64,000 bases of DNA. It comes from Vicugna vicugna (taxonomy: Eukaryota). How positions within the stretch are numbered: the stretch's first letter is position 1; each line of letters starts with the position of its first letter. A model generated the notes under the pieces. It ran no database searches. It had not been told where the DNA came from and was given only the letters and a program-made list of their open reading frames with translations. The position numbers and the translations under genes were made by a program. Shown here in pieces: positions 26,139 through 38,240 of the stretch. The DNA is taken from the NCBI GenBank assembly GCA_013265495.1, contig MU058844.1:3017520-3081519 (forward strand). The letters are read 5' to 3'.

Positions 26139-28356
26139 CAGGCACGCCTCAGAGGTTCAGTTCCAGACCACTGCAGTAAAGCGAGTATCACAATAAAGCA
26201 AGTCACAGGAAATCTTTGGTTTTCCAGTGCCTATAAAAGTTACATTTACACTATACTACCGTCTTTTTAAGTGTGCAGTAGCATTATGTCTTAAAAACAA
26301 TGCACATACTTTAATTACAAAATGTTTTACTGCTGAAAAGTGCTGACCACCGTCTGAGCCTTCAGCGAGTTGTAAGTGCTTTGCTGGTAGGGTCTTGGCT
26401 CCTTGTTGATGGCTGCTGACTGATCATGTTGGTGGTTGCTGACGGTTGGGGTGGCTGCAGCAATTTCTTAAAATAGGATAACCAGTGACATCTGCCACAT
26501 TGATTGACTCTCCCTTTCATGAACGATTTCTCTGTATCATGCGATGCTATTTGATAACATTTTACCCACAGTAGAACTTCTTTCAGAATTAGAATCAAGC
26601 CTCTCAAATGCTGCTGCTGCTTTATCAATAAGTTTATGTCATATTCCAAATCCTGTGTCGTTTCAGCAGTCTTCACAGCATCTTCACCACGACTAGACTC
26701 CATTCCAAGAAATCACTTTCTTTGCTCATTCATAAGAAACAACTCCTCATCTGTTAGAGTTTCATCATGAGATTGCAGCAATTCAGTCCCATCTTCAGAC
26801 TCCACTTCTAATTCTGGTTCTCTTGCTGTTTCCACCACATCTGGAGTTACTTCCTCTACTGAAGTCTTCAACCTCTCAGTCATCTGTGAGGGGTGGAATC
26901 AACTTCTTTCAAAACTCCTGTTAATATTGATATTTCCAATGGATCACAAGCATTCTTTATGGCATCTAGAAAAGGATAGTTATGGGTGAATAGGGTAGGA
27001 TAGGTAAAAAATAGTGACTCCTTTTGAGAAGGTTTTCAATTTACTTTGCCCAGATCCATCAGAGAAATCACTGTCTATGACAGCTATAGCCTTACAAAAT
27101 GTATTTTTTAAGTAATAAAATTTAAGGTCAGAATTACTCCTTAATCTGTGAGCCACAGGATGGATGTTGTGTTAGCAGCAGGAAAACAACGTTAATCTCA
27201 TTGTGCGTCTCCATCAGAGCTCTTGGGTGATCAGGTGCATGTCAATGAGCAGTAATGTTTTGAAAGGAATCTTTTTTTCTGAACAGTAGATCTCAGCAGT
27301 GGGTTTGAAGTGTTCAGTCAACCATGTTGTAAACAGCTGTGAAAGTCCGAGAAGTCATCTTCTTCCAATATAAGGCTGTTTTGTCCTACATTGAAAATGT
27401 GTATTTAGTATCATCACCTTAATGAATGATCTTGGCTTGATCTTCTGGAGAACATTCTGTAGTTTCTACATCAGTGTTTGCTATTCACCTTGCACTTCTA
27501 TGTTATGGAGATGGCGTCTCTCCATAATCCTCATGAAGCAACCTCTGCTGGCTTCAGACTTTTCTTCTGTAGCTTCCACACCTGTCTCAGCCTTCATAGA
27601 ACTGAAGAAGTCTAGGGACTTGCTCTGGATTAGGCTTTGGTTTACGGGAAGGTTGTGGATGGTTTGCTCTTCTATCCAGACCATTACAACTTTCTGCATG
27701 TCAGCAACGCTGTTTTGCTTTCTTATCATCCATGTGTTCACTGGAGTAGCACTTTTAATTTCCTTCAAGAACTTTTCCTTTGCATCCACAACTTGGTTAA
27801 CTGTTTGGCATAAGAGGCCTACCTTTCGGCTTATCTCAGCTTTTGACATACCTTCCTCACTAAGCTTAATAATTCCTAACTTTTGATTTAAAGTGAGAGA
27901 CGTGCGACCCCTCCTGTCACTTGGACACTGAGAGGCCATTGTGGAGCTATCACCTGGCCTAACGTCGGTATTGTCATGTCTCGGGGAACAGGGAGGCCTG
28001 AGGAGAGGGGCAGAGATGGAGGAACGGCCAGCTGGTGAAGTCTCAGAACACACACAACATTAGATTAGGTTTATCACCTTACATGGGTGCAGTTCATGGC
28101 ACCCCAAAACAATGACAATAATAACATCCAAGATCACTGATCCAGATCACCATAACAAATGTCAGAATAATGAAGAAGTCTGAAATACTGCAAGAATCAC
28201 CAAAATGTGACACACAGAAATGAAGTGAGCAAGTGCTGTTGGAAAAATGGTGCTGCTAGACTTGCTCAACACAGTGTTGCCACAAACCAATTTGTAAAAA
28301 ACATGACTATCTGTGAAGCACAATAAAGCAGAGCACGATAAAACCAGGTATGTGTG
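26139..28356 (-). mobile_element. Tigger1 DNA transposon, near full length, decayed transposase
   Basis: Both termini present ('caggcacgcctc...ttccagaccactgcagtaaagcga' and 'aataaagcagagcacgataaaaccaggtatgtgtg'); minus-strand ORFs encode pogo/Tigger transposase pieces. Confidence 0.95.
27481..28053 (-). pseudogene. Tigger1 transposase N-terminal fragment (HTH / CENP-B-like DNA-binding region), ends at a premature stop
   Basis: '[68 protein letters not shown]...[24 protein letters not shown]' is TIGD1/Tigger1-like; the rest of the frame is disrupted. Confidence 0.9.
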
Positions 28357-29264
28357 CACTAATCAAAGCTTGGACCAACATAAGGAAGAATCATCCACAT
28401 TTTACCTGTTCGTGACTTCCCTCCCAATCTGTCTACCTACATAGTTTTACATAGTTACATACTTTTATGCTCTGCTTCTTTCACTTAAAATATTTTAAAC
28501 ATGCTTCTCTTCTTTTCCATAGTCTTCATAATTATCACTTTTCTGACTGTATACTATTAAACAGGTGGTTCTTCCTTATTTTACTGGTCCTTTCCACTAT
28601 TGTTGAACAATTAGGCAGTTTCCAGCTTTGTCACTATTTTGCTGAATAATGCTATAATGAGAATCTTTGTGCCCATGTCTTTTTCATTTTTTTCCTGCAA
28701 TTTGTCCTTGTGGATTAGGAAACAATGATTTTTCTTTAGCCCCAATGTAGTACGATGACTCAAGAATATAAGGAAGTTTTATGGCTGCGTTTTGTTCTGC
28801 ATAGGCTCGGGAACATTTTTTTTTTTCATGCCAAGTCTCTGTCCCTCCTGGGTTTCTCTCTGCTCACTGCCGATGTCACCACATAATAGATGACAGTACT
28901 GCCTTCTGTGAGCCCAGGACCTTACTCCAGGCTCCTCTGCCCACCTCTGCCCCTGGGCCCTGCATCCTCCCAGCCCTTAGCCTTTCACACCAGTGGCACA
29001 GCTGAGCATCTGCCTGGCTTTGGTTCTAGCGTTTACCATTTGGGTTGGAGGGTGCCCACAGCTCTATAGAGCACCGCAGTTGCAGGCAGCTTGTCAGAAA
29101 TCCCAGTCTGAGCCCACGGCCAAGATACCCTACCCAGCTCAAGCCCAGCCGCCTGGAACTCAGTAGGTTTAAGAGGAGGACTCAGACATAATGAGAACAG
29201 TAAGACCAGCTCAGAACTTTAGAGCTTCTTACTTAAACTGCCCTTCCAGCATTTCCCTCGCCGC

Positions 29265-29425
29265 AGTGGCTAAGAGCGTGGCCTCTGCAGTCCTCTTTGA
29301 AGTTGTATCCCCTCGGGCAAGTTTGCTTAGCCTCTGTGGGCCTCAGTTTCCTCACCTCTAAGTTAGGGCTCTGTGTGTGAGTGCTTAGGACAATGCCTGG
29401 CACAGAGGCAATCTTCATAGGCATT
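29265..29425 (+). mobile_element. MIR SINE
   Basis: 'cctcgggcaagtttgcttagcctctgtgggcctcagtttcctcacctctaag...gtgcttaggacaatgcctggcacagag'. Confidence 0.8.
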
Positions 29426-29519
29426 TACTCTGATTAGTCCCTTCACAAACCTGGGGAAATAAATATGATTGACAAGGCACCATAAAAAAAGGCATAATTC
29501 TCACTAGAAAAATAATAAC

Positions 29520-29725
29520 TAAAGATGTAAAGCACTGGTATGAGCGGCATTGATCTCAGGACTCTACACTCGTTGTCTGTTAAACTTCTCAACATCACCT
29601 AGGTGCTATGACCCCCATTTAAAGATGAGTAATGGGAGGCACAAGGGTGGTAACGCCCCCTGGGATCTCGCACTGGGGTCAGGATACAGGGATTCAGACT
29701 TAGGAGTATGGTTCCAAGGATACAC
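29520..29725 (-). mobile_element. MIR SINE
   Basis: 'ccccatttaaagatgagtaatgggaggcacaagggtggtaac...gggattcagactt'. Confidence 0.7.
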
Positions 29726-30379
29726 TCCTAACTGCTAGACATACGGCCTCTCTGAATAAAGCAGCAGAAATTTAGTGGTTCACGAAGGAGAGAGTAGCTA
29801 ACGAATTACCTAATCTTTAGCAGTGTGATTCCTCGGTGGCTGCTCCAAGAGAAAAAGTTGAGTTCTGGGGCACTAAAAACTACTTACAGCCTCTACCTCC
29901 CACTTTACTTGGTGCTTTGAACTGCATCCAAATTAAATTCAACACTTACAGTTTTCCAATGCCATTGTGAGTTAATGGTTCTTTTAATCTACATCTTATC
30001 TCCCAGCTGTAGTCTTTGTGGCTGTTCCTACCTCTTAAAGTGCCAGATCAAGGGATATGAGACTTCAGTAAATTCTTCAGAATTTAAGATTAATGAGAAG
30101 GAAAGAAATGTCTGATGTCAGTTAAATGATAATGTTTCTAAACAAAGAAGGAAAAAAAATACTTTGTCCTCTGCTTATTATGCAGATCAGGAACAGTAAG
30201 GAAGCATCTGTATAGTTAGAAGACGAGTGCCCAGGAAGGACCTCTTTGAATAAAGCAATTAATAATAATATTCTCTCTACTATGAGTGCATTGCTGCTGG
30301 ATCACCACTGGCAGGGGCTGTGTGGTGAGTGCTTGATTTCTCATCCTGGTAATGTGAACAAGGAGGAAATGCTATTGTA

Positions 30380-31010
30380 GGTAGAGGACGAGACAATGGA
30401 GGTGAGTTTTGGAGGCCATGGCTGCCCTTGAAGAGAACATCTCAAAAGTTCAGGAATATGTGTTAAGTGGGGAAGGAAAGAAGAGAAAGAATGAAGCTGG
30501 AAATGTAAAGAGAGGCCAGATTGTAAGGAATCCAGTGTACTGATGGATGTGAATATTTCTGTAGGAAATGGGAATCCACTAAATGATTTTATGGTGGCGT
30601 GACCGGCATATTTTTTTCCTGTATATATGTCTACACAATATGTGCATACAGTTTCTGGAAGGCTCATTAATCTCCTGAAGTCTTCCTTGAAGCCTTTAAG
30701 AGTTTCCACAACTGAGATGAAAAATCTTTATACCAGTGATGGTTGGATCTTGGGATAAGTCTACCCACTCGGGCAGGGCAGGGTACGAAGAGAACAAAGC
30801 TAAGGAAAGAGCCTGGGGATGTCAATATTTATGAGACAGACTGAAGGAGATGCTCTTCTAAAGAAAAATGAGCACAGCGGTCATGGGGGTAGCAAGGAAC
30901 GGGCATAACTCAATCAAGGAAGGAGATTATTTCAAAGAAGAGGAGACAGACTCACATAATGTAGAGACAAAGTAAGATGGTGATTAAAAGACATCATTTG
31001 GATTAGTGGA
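30380..31010 (-). mobile_element. L2 LINE fragment
   Basis: 'ggccagattgtaagga...tttctgtaggaaatgggaatccactaaatgattt', 'agagcctggggatgtcaatattt'. Confidence 0.55.
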
Positions 31011-31011
31011 C

Positions 31012-31468
31012 ACTTGCTGTTTGTTGCCCACTTTTTATTCTTCTACTTTCTGGGGAGAGAAGTCCGAATTTCCTCTGAGAAATCTATGCCTTGCTTCTCC
31101 CATTCTCAGACATATGAATCGTGTGGGATTGACCCCAGACCTAGTTCCAGAGGACTTCATCTTCCTGTCATAGTGATGGGTTCAGAGATGGGCACATAAA
31201 GACGGCCTGTTGAACCTTAGGATCTTATTAAAAATTCTGGGACATGGAGGCTCTGGATGTGAACAAGAAGACAAATGGCTTTGAGAGCTTCTGATGGCCA
31301 TCTCAAGACAGAGGGCCAGAAAGAAGCCAGCCAGGTCATTGGTCATCTTGATAGGCCCTGGATCAGACCTTTCCTAAAGCTAATCTACCTCTGAACGCTT
31401 TAATTTCATGAGCCCATTTAAATCAGATCTGCTGACACTTTCAATAGGAAGCATCCAAACTGATGCAT
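31012..31468 (+). mobile_element. MaLR solo LTR, MLT1K/L-like
   Basis: 'catagtgatgggttcagagatgggcacat', 'ccctggatcagacctttcctaaagcta', end 'gaagcatccaaactgatgca'. Confidence 0.65.
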
Positions 31469-31859
31469 CTTTTTGCAGAAACTCAGTACAGTGATGATGA
31501 CAGAACTAAGACTGCTGTAGGCTAATGAATGACTGGAAGATGCAATACTTCAGCAACCCAAACTACACACTTTATTTCTGCCGCAGATTTATTGTGGCCA
31601 TGTGAAATAAAATACAACTGTTTTTTGTTTTTTTTCATTCTTTTCCTCATACAGGCTCTAGGGAACATCAGAGAAAAATGTATTCTCTTCTGGCTCCTTT
31701 TCTAGGACACAGGTGATAGCTCAAAATCTTAGGAGAAGAACGTAAGTGATTCTTCCCCTAATTTATTAACGTAACCTGGTCAGCCAACATTGAATTTTAC
31801 CCACCACTGTTCTTCCCCCTTCTTAGTAAGCTATGCAGTGTAGCTCTATTGACTTCAGA

Positions 31860-32460
31860 TTTTCCTGCCCCCAAAAGCAAATCTAGACATTCTTCTGGAA
31901 ACTCCTTATCCAAAACTCACCTCTTGCCTCAACCATTAAAACTCACAATGACCTGCTTCCTTGTTTCCATTCTTGCCTACTTTCAGTCTAGTCTCTACAC
32001 AGCAACCAGAGCAATCTTTTTTTCAAATGTAAAGTAGATCATTTTCGGAATTGCCCAGTTGCTTCTTACTGCTCTTAGAATTAAATGTTTAATAGGGTTT
32101 CTTTGAGAAAAAATTAGATTATATCTGTAAAGAGCTTAGAACAGTGCCTGGAACACGTAAGCACCAAATGAGTGTTAGACTCATTATTACTTGTTCTCTC
32201 TGCCTGAAAAAAACCTTCTCCCACCACGTTCACTTAGTCAAATCTGTCTGTCTTCTTTAAAATTCACGTCAAGTATCTCCTCCTCATTTCTAAGCAAAGG
32301 ACTTTCTCTGTGGTGCTCCTGTGGAATCTAGCTCATGCCTATGTGATGAAACATACCAAGTTTATGTACAGTTATTGTGTTTACTGATCAGCATCAGTAA
32401 GCTCTGGACCATTTGTGTATCCAACACAAATAAATGCCTGTCATTTTGTGGCTGATATGT
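31860..32460 (+). mobile_element. L2 3' fragment with a nested MIR tail (~32090-32190)
   Basis: 'ctctacacagcaaccagagcaatctttttttcaaatgtaaagtagatcat' (L2) and 'tgtaaagagcttagaacagtgcctggaacacgtaagcac' (MIR). Confidence 0.65.
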
Positions 32461-32924
32461 TCTATGAGTAAGTGAAATTGTGTTCACTGCTATTTCTTTG
32501 CCCACAGGCTTATGTATCCCAAACACTAGCAGGTTATCTTCTCCTCTTACGGAACCACATTCCACCTTTCCTAACTGGGACTGTTCATTATCGTGGGTTC
32601 CTGACCATTAAAACCTACCCTTTGTTACAGTTTCCAACCACTGACCAGATGTCAGGGTGATCTTTACCTGTCACTAATAGCAACATCACTTATTCTCTAG
32701 AGCCCCTATTGTGCCAGAGAGGCCCTAGGTGATGTGGCAGTTCTCTCTGACCTGGGTAACTGGGAGGCAGTGTGACCGAAGGGAAAAGGTCCCTACCAGG
32801 ATTTGGGGAAATTCACTTACTATCTCTAAACTATCTCTAAACTTGGCTTCTTCACTTGCTGTGCACTTCAAGTGGAATAACAGAGACCATAATTCCATAT
32901 AAATGTCAAAGGACTTTGACCACC

Positions 32925-33225
32925 CAGCACTGCACTCTCCATGAGGCAGCCATGGTCTACATGTGCTACTAAGCACTTGAAATGCGGCTAGTCCAAAAGG
33001 AATGGTGCTGTACGTGTAAAATGCACACCAGATTTCAATGACTTAGTATGAAAATAGGGATGCAAAATATCTCATTAATAATGTTTATGTTAAGAATATT
33101 TTGCATATCATGGATTAAATAAAACATATTAAAATAATTTCACTTATTTCTTTTCACTTTTTCAATGTGGCTATTAAGAAATTTTAAATTATATATTTGG
33201 CTCACCTTATATTTCTATTTCTACT
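32925..33225. mobile_element. MER33 (hAT-Charlie) MITE
   Basis: 'ctactaagcacttgaaatgcggctagtcc...gtgtaaaatgcacaccagatttcaatgacttagtatgaaaa...aatgtggctattaagaaattttaaattata'. Confidence 0.85.
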
Positions 33226-36200
33226 GATCTAGAAAAGGACTCCCAACTTCTTATGCATCTGAAAACATGTTGCCATGAGCCTTGGTGCCAACAGCACCCT
33301 GCAGTCGGCTTTTCTGACTTCTACCAGAGCGGGTGGAGGACTTGTGCTATAACATCCTTGTGGGTACCAGTGCTACATTTTCAAGAAGACCGGTAAACAG
33401 GAGGCAGAGGTGATACTGTGAAAGTCGTCTAGGCTAGCCTGCTCGCCCTGGGACTAGACCCCATCGCTTAGCTCATTTGCTCACTACGCGGGAGTGTTTA
33501 TGTCCTCTCTCGGCTTCTGGCAATTCCTGTAATGTCTGTGTCCCTGTAGGTTTGAAATTATTTCTGATTCACAGTAGTATCTTCGCATTGCTCTAAACAT
33601 GCACAATTAATAGATCAAATGCTGATATGATAGTAATGAAAGTAAAGTTTCTTTCTTATTTTGCTAGAGCGTTGTTAAATATCAGCAGAAGCAGATGTGT
33701 TTTCTGGTGGCTGCCTTCGGAATTGCTCCAGGAGCTATCTGCACTTCCTACTTAGAGCTTACCTCCCCAGAACATTAACTCGTTCCTTAACCAGAACTAA
33801 AATGGAAGTCTAGTCACGTCTCCATTTTTCTATTGGACACAGAAGTGAAAATAAGCTTCTGATAAAAGCCATGGAACAACCTTCTGAGGGGGGAGAGCAG
33901 CAGTGACTCAGTCTGAGCACAGGAGGGTAGAATGAAAGACCTTACTGGTGAAAGGCCGGGCCTCGTCGGCCGTCAGTGCAGTTCCACTGGAGAGGAATCA
34001 TAATTTCTTAATTAAAATGTAAGCAGAGAAGCATGACTGCAGAGGAATTGCAGGCATCTCAGTGACCAAAGAATGCATGCTCTTAGTCATCACTGTCATC
34101 TTATCATATTATTGCCTGTGTAGTTGAGGGAAAGAGGAGGGCGAATGAGGTGGGGGAGAAGCCTGTGTGTGTTTGGGTTTGTTTGGGGATGTATATATGA
34201 GGATCCTTACACCTGGGCCATTTCTTTCATTCATTCACTCAACGAGTACTTATTAACATCTACTACGGACCAGGGCGATAACCTAAGCCCAGAGGATATA
34301 GCAGTGAACAAAGTCCCTGCTCCCAAGGACCTTATATTCTAGCGGAAATTCCCTCAAGCTAGCTGTGTATCCCATATGTGTGATCTAAAGTTCTCTTAGT
34401 GCCTTTGCTTCAGTGGCCTGCATTTCGCATCTTTCTGAAGCCTTATGAACTAACACATAGCATAAAATCCAGATTTAGAATTCAAGGGAGGAGGTGAGGG
34501 AGACTCAATTCTGAAACCCTCTTCTTACTGACAAAACCTTTAGAGTTCCATAAATAACTCCTACTGAAAGAAACCTTTGTTCTTTCTTTAAGACTGATAA
34601 GAAAAGGTAGCCCTTCTTACAGTTGGGTAAACAGGAATCACCTTGTTCCTTATCTTCCTCCCTCCTCTTGAATCCACCTTTGATGCTTTTTCTGGTGTCT
34701 GCATCCCTGGCAGGGGACACACAGAGTGAACACAGTGCTGGAGGATGCAGAGTTGAACTGTGGCAGCATCTCAGTGTGGAGACGGCTTTTCTATGGGAGA
34801 CAAAGGTCCATTTCGGGGGAGCAGGGGAGTCCTGCTCCTTCCACAAACTAACTCTGGGACGTTGGACAAATCACCAACATTCTTAGCCCTGGTTTTCCCT
34901 TCTGTAAGGTGCAGGCATTAGAGTAGAGAATCTCTAAGCCTCCTCTCCTTCTTCAGGGGTATATGCCTTTAAATAATTGATGTAACACCAATGAATAAAG
35001 ACAGAGGAGTTAGGAAGTAGAGTAAAAGGTTGAGAAGGAATTTGTGGACTGTAATTGAGTAATTGATATTTATTGACAGCAATGGAAGATCAGTAACGAG
35101 AGAAAACCAGTGTGTCCTCTAAAAAGTGACTTGAGCAGAGTCACCTAGCAAACAGAGAATTATTCCTGCAGTGTCTTCTTGCCTTATATTGCAACAAGGC
35201 TCGACCTATTATACTTGGCAGTTTCTCAATTGAATTTGTCATGTCTATATAAATTAGTCTACAGCTATAGCCAGCTGTTTTATCAGAAGTAACAGAATCT
35301 CTAAGCATATTTCCTGTCAACCAATATAAAAGCTAAATCTGGTATTTTCTAAAAACAACTTTTTGCCATGAAACCACAGACCTAAGCTAACATTGCTGTC
35401 CTTAGACAAAATGCACACACACTGAGGGCATTTACCCTGGAAATTTGGAGGGGAGGGGAGTGGTGTTACTGCTACCTGATCTGCATTATGATTAGTGACT
35501 CAAAGATCGGGTAAAAATATGGCAGGAAAATTTCTTTCTACATTTTTCCCTTTCCTCCACCCCCAAATTGGAAAATATTCACATGGGGAATCCTTAGAAA
35601 CAAAAAAACAATTTTAAAAAATAGCCTAATTTTTCCAGTCCTTCATATTTCTAATAATGGTGGGCCTGGCAGGTTCCACCAGTGTTTTCCAAACACTGCA
35701 CAGACCATATAACTGATATAAATAGAACTAGGTCTAAATAACTTATGAAAATAGCACTCAGGGCTCCTGCAGAGGCCATCTGTGAGGTGATCCTCTTGTA
35801 ATGAGCCTGACTTCAGGGAGATTCACCCATTCTGATTCAAACCCTTTTGAGGGGATTGGATAACATTCTTTTTCTAGGGGAGAGGGGCTGGCAGAATTAG
35901 AAGAGGGGGAAGGGACGAGGGCTCAAGAATGGCCAAGAGGAAGCCAGTGTTTCAGTTCCAAAGACTAAAACCCATCGGGAACAAGCACAGCTTCTGTGAT
36001 GGAATCCTTCTGCCACCGAAAACACTCAGTTCTGTGGTCTCTTCTCCCTGATGCTCAGTAAATACTGGACATTAAACACGTGGCATTTATTAAAACTCCC
36101 AGTATTTACTTAACCATCAGCTCTGTTTATTAGGCACATTGCCTGATGGAACTGGCACAGAATTTTGCTTGCCAACGCTGTGTATGATTTCTAGCCACTT

Positions 36201-37344
36201 GTTGATCAGAGAATAAACCTAGGAGCCAAAGGAAGGTGAGGGGGAAGTTGGGGTTGGCGGTCTCGGGGTGAAGAGCAAGGGCGGAGAAGCCAGGGAAGGG
36301 CTGCTTAAGTTGGAGATGCTGTCTTAAACAGCAGGTTTAAATGGCCAGGGAGTCACTGGAAGCTATAAGAGAACAAGGGAAACGTCTTCATAACTGAATC
36401 GCTGATTTAACCATTTCATTGTTTTTCACCCATTTTGTAACTTGACAAACTCTGAGAATTCACCATAACAATCCCATATCAGATAAATGTAACTCTCTTA
36501 ATTCCTCTGAGAATGCTCAGTACTTAAAGTATCCTTAAACAAATGTGTTTAGCCTCAATCTTGTAAAATGTTAAGGAAAATTAGATATTTGACTATATGT
36601 ATACTAAGATGGAGATTGTCTGTGGGCATTTCCGTTAAGGTTTTGGGACTCTACGTTCAGAGGCACATGGCACTGTGATTATTGGACCTGATTTATAGTG
36701 ACATACACTGAAAAACCTGAAATTTTTCAGACTACAGTAAAACCTGACAAAGGGATCAAGTATCATAAGATGTGCACATACACAGAAATAAATTTTAATT
36801 CCCACTACCTTGAAAAGTAGCAAAGAGAGCCACAGACTTCTATATTACACCCACGTACATAAATGTTAATCATTTAAAACCTCAAGAAAACCATGGATTC
36901 TCAGCAGAAAGGCACTACACACAACATTTCAATATTTTAAAATGTTGTCATTTTAATTTTGTTTCAAAATTCAAAGATCATATACTTTTTAAAACTGATT
37001 ATAAACCCAACATTATTCAAAACACTTCCCTTAAAATTATTGAGGACCTAAGCTGTGCAAAAATTTCAAACTAGAAAAATCTAAGTGGGACTTTTTCTTA
37101 ATTCTTGTTTTGTCTTGCTTTTTTGTTCTTAATACTCTCCAGCCACTGAAGCACTATCCCCATCCAGGGCTCATCTAAGGCACAAGCTTGCCCTCCCTGT
37201 CAGTGCTCTGGTCTTCCCTTCTTTCTTATTAAATCTGCCTTCACCCAGGTCTCACCACCCCTAGAAACCTCTGTTCCACTTTATACCATGATAATTAATC
37301 ATCTAATAAACTTATCCATGGTATCTAATATCTTTTATCTCCCT

Positions 37345-38240
37345 AATGGTGAGAATCGACTCACTGGCTGATAAAAAAATGGATTCCTGGACCTCACCTA
37401 GACCTTCTAACTTAGACTGTCTAGGAGCCAAGCCTACCAATGTATTGTTTGATCAAGCATGCCTGGGTAACCTTATATCATCCCGCAGGTTTGGGCTCCT
37501 TGGATCAGTGGTTGGTTCTCAGCCCTGACTAAACAGTACATTCAACTGGTGATGCTCAGGCATTACACTGGACCAGTCACATCAGACTCTCTGTGGCTGG
37601 TCCCGAAGTATCAGTAGACTGTAAATGCTCCCTGGATGAATCTGTCGTACAATGAAAGATGAGAACTGTAGATCCGTGTTTTTCAATATTTGGTCCACAA
37701 ACCTACGCATCACCGGGAGTGCCCTGTGAAAACACAGATTCCTGGACCTCCACCTCAGATCTACTTAATCTGAAGCTTCGAGGGTGGAATCTGGGCAACT
37801 GAGTATTTAACAAGCTCCCAGGTAACTCTTTCTTACACAAAGTTCTGAAAAATCCTCTGCTTGGAGCCAGTGTTCATCATTAGGGCACACACCAGAAATT
37901 AAGAGAGCCTTGTAACCTCTGCACTAGCTATGTTGCCTTAAGAGATGTAGAAAGGGTCCAGACAAGCCCTTCCATGCCCTCTCAGGTGATTTTGGTATGT
38001 GTTCTCCACTGAACACACTTACACTGAATTTTAATAGGTGAAAAAATTCTCTAGGCTAGTAAGTTTGAGAAATGGTCAATTCTAGTTCTCTTTGATTTTC
38101 ATAATACACCTTGTCATCACAGGACTTATTCTGGGGAACCCTGCTTCAGTAAAATTCTTTAACTTTGATGGCTTTGTACATTATTTTATAAAATCCATAA
38201 ACATTTTCTCAGTGAGCCCTTGAAGCACAGTTAAGAACGA
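37345..38240. mobile_element. Cluster of about four abutting MER5-type MITEs plus a MER112/113-like piece
   Basis: Recurring units with 'cagtggttggttctca / ccgtgtttttcaa / ccagtgttcatca' starts, 'gattcctggacctc' twice, and 'ccaggtaa / caggtgat' motifs. Confidence 0.6.

Noticed and set aside
27422..27886. 154-aa plus-strand ORF
   Set aside because: Antisense shadow of the Tigger1 transposase frame.
24411..34353. NF-kB consensus sites at 24411, 26108 and 34344
   Set aside because: About the number expected by chance in a window of this size, and not clustered.
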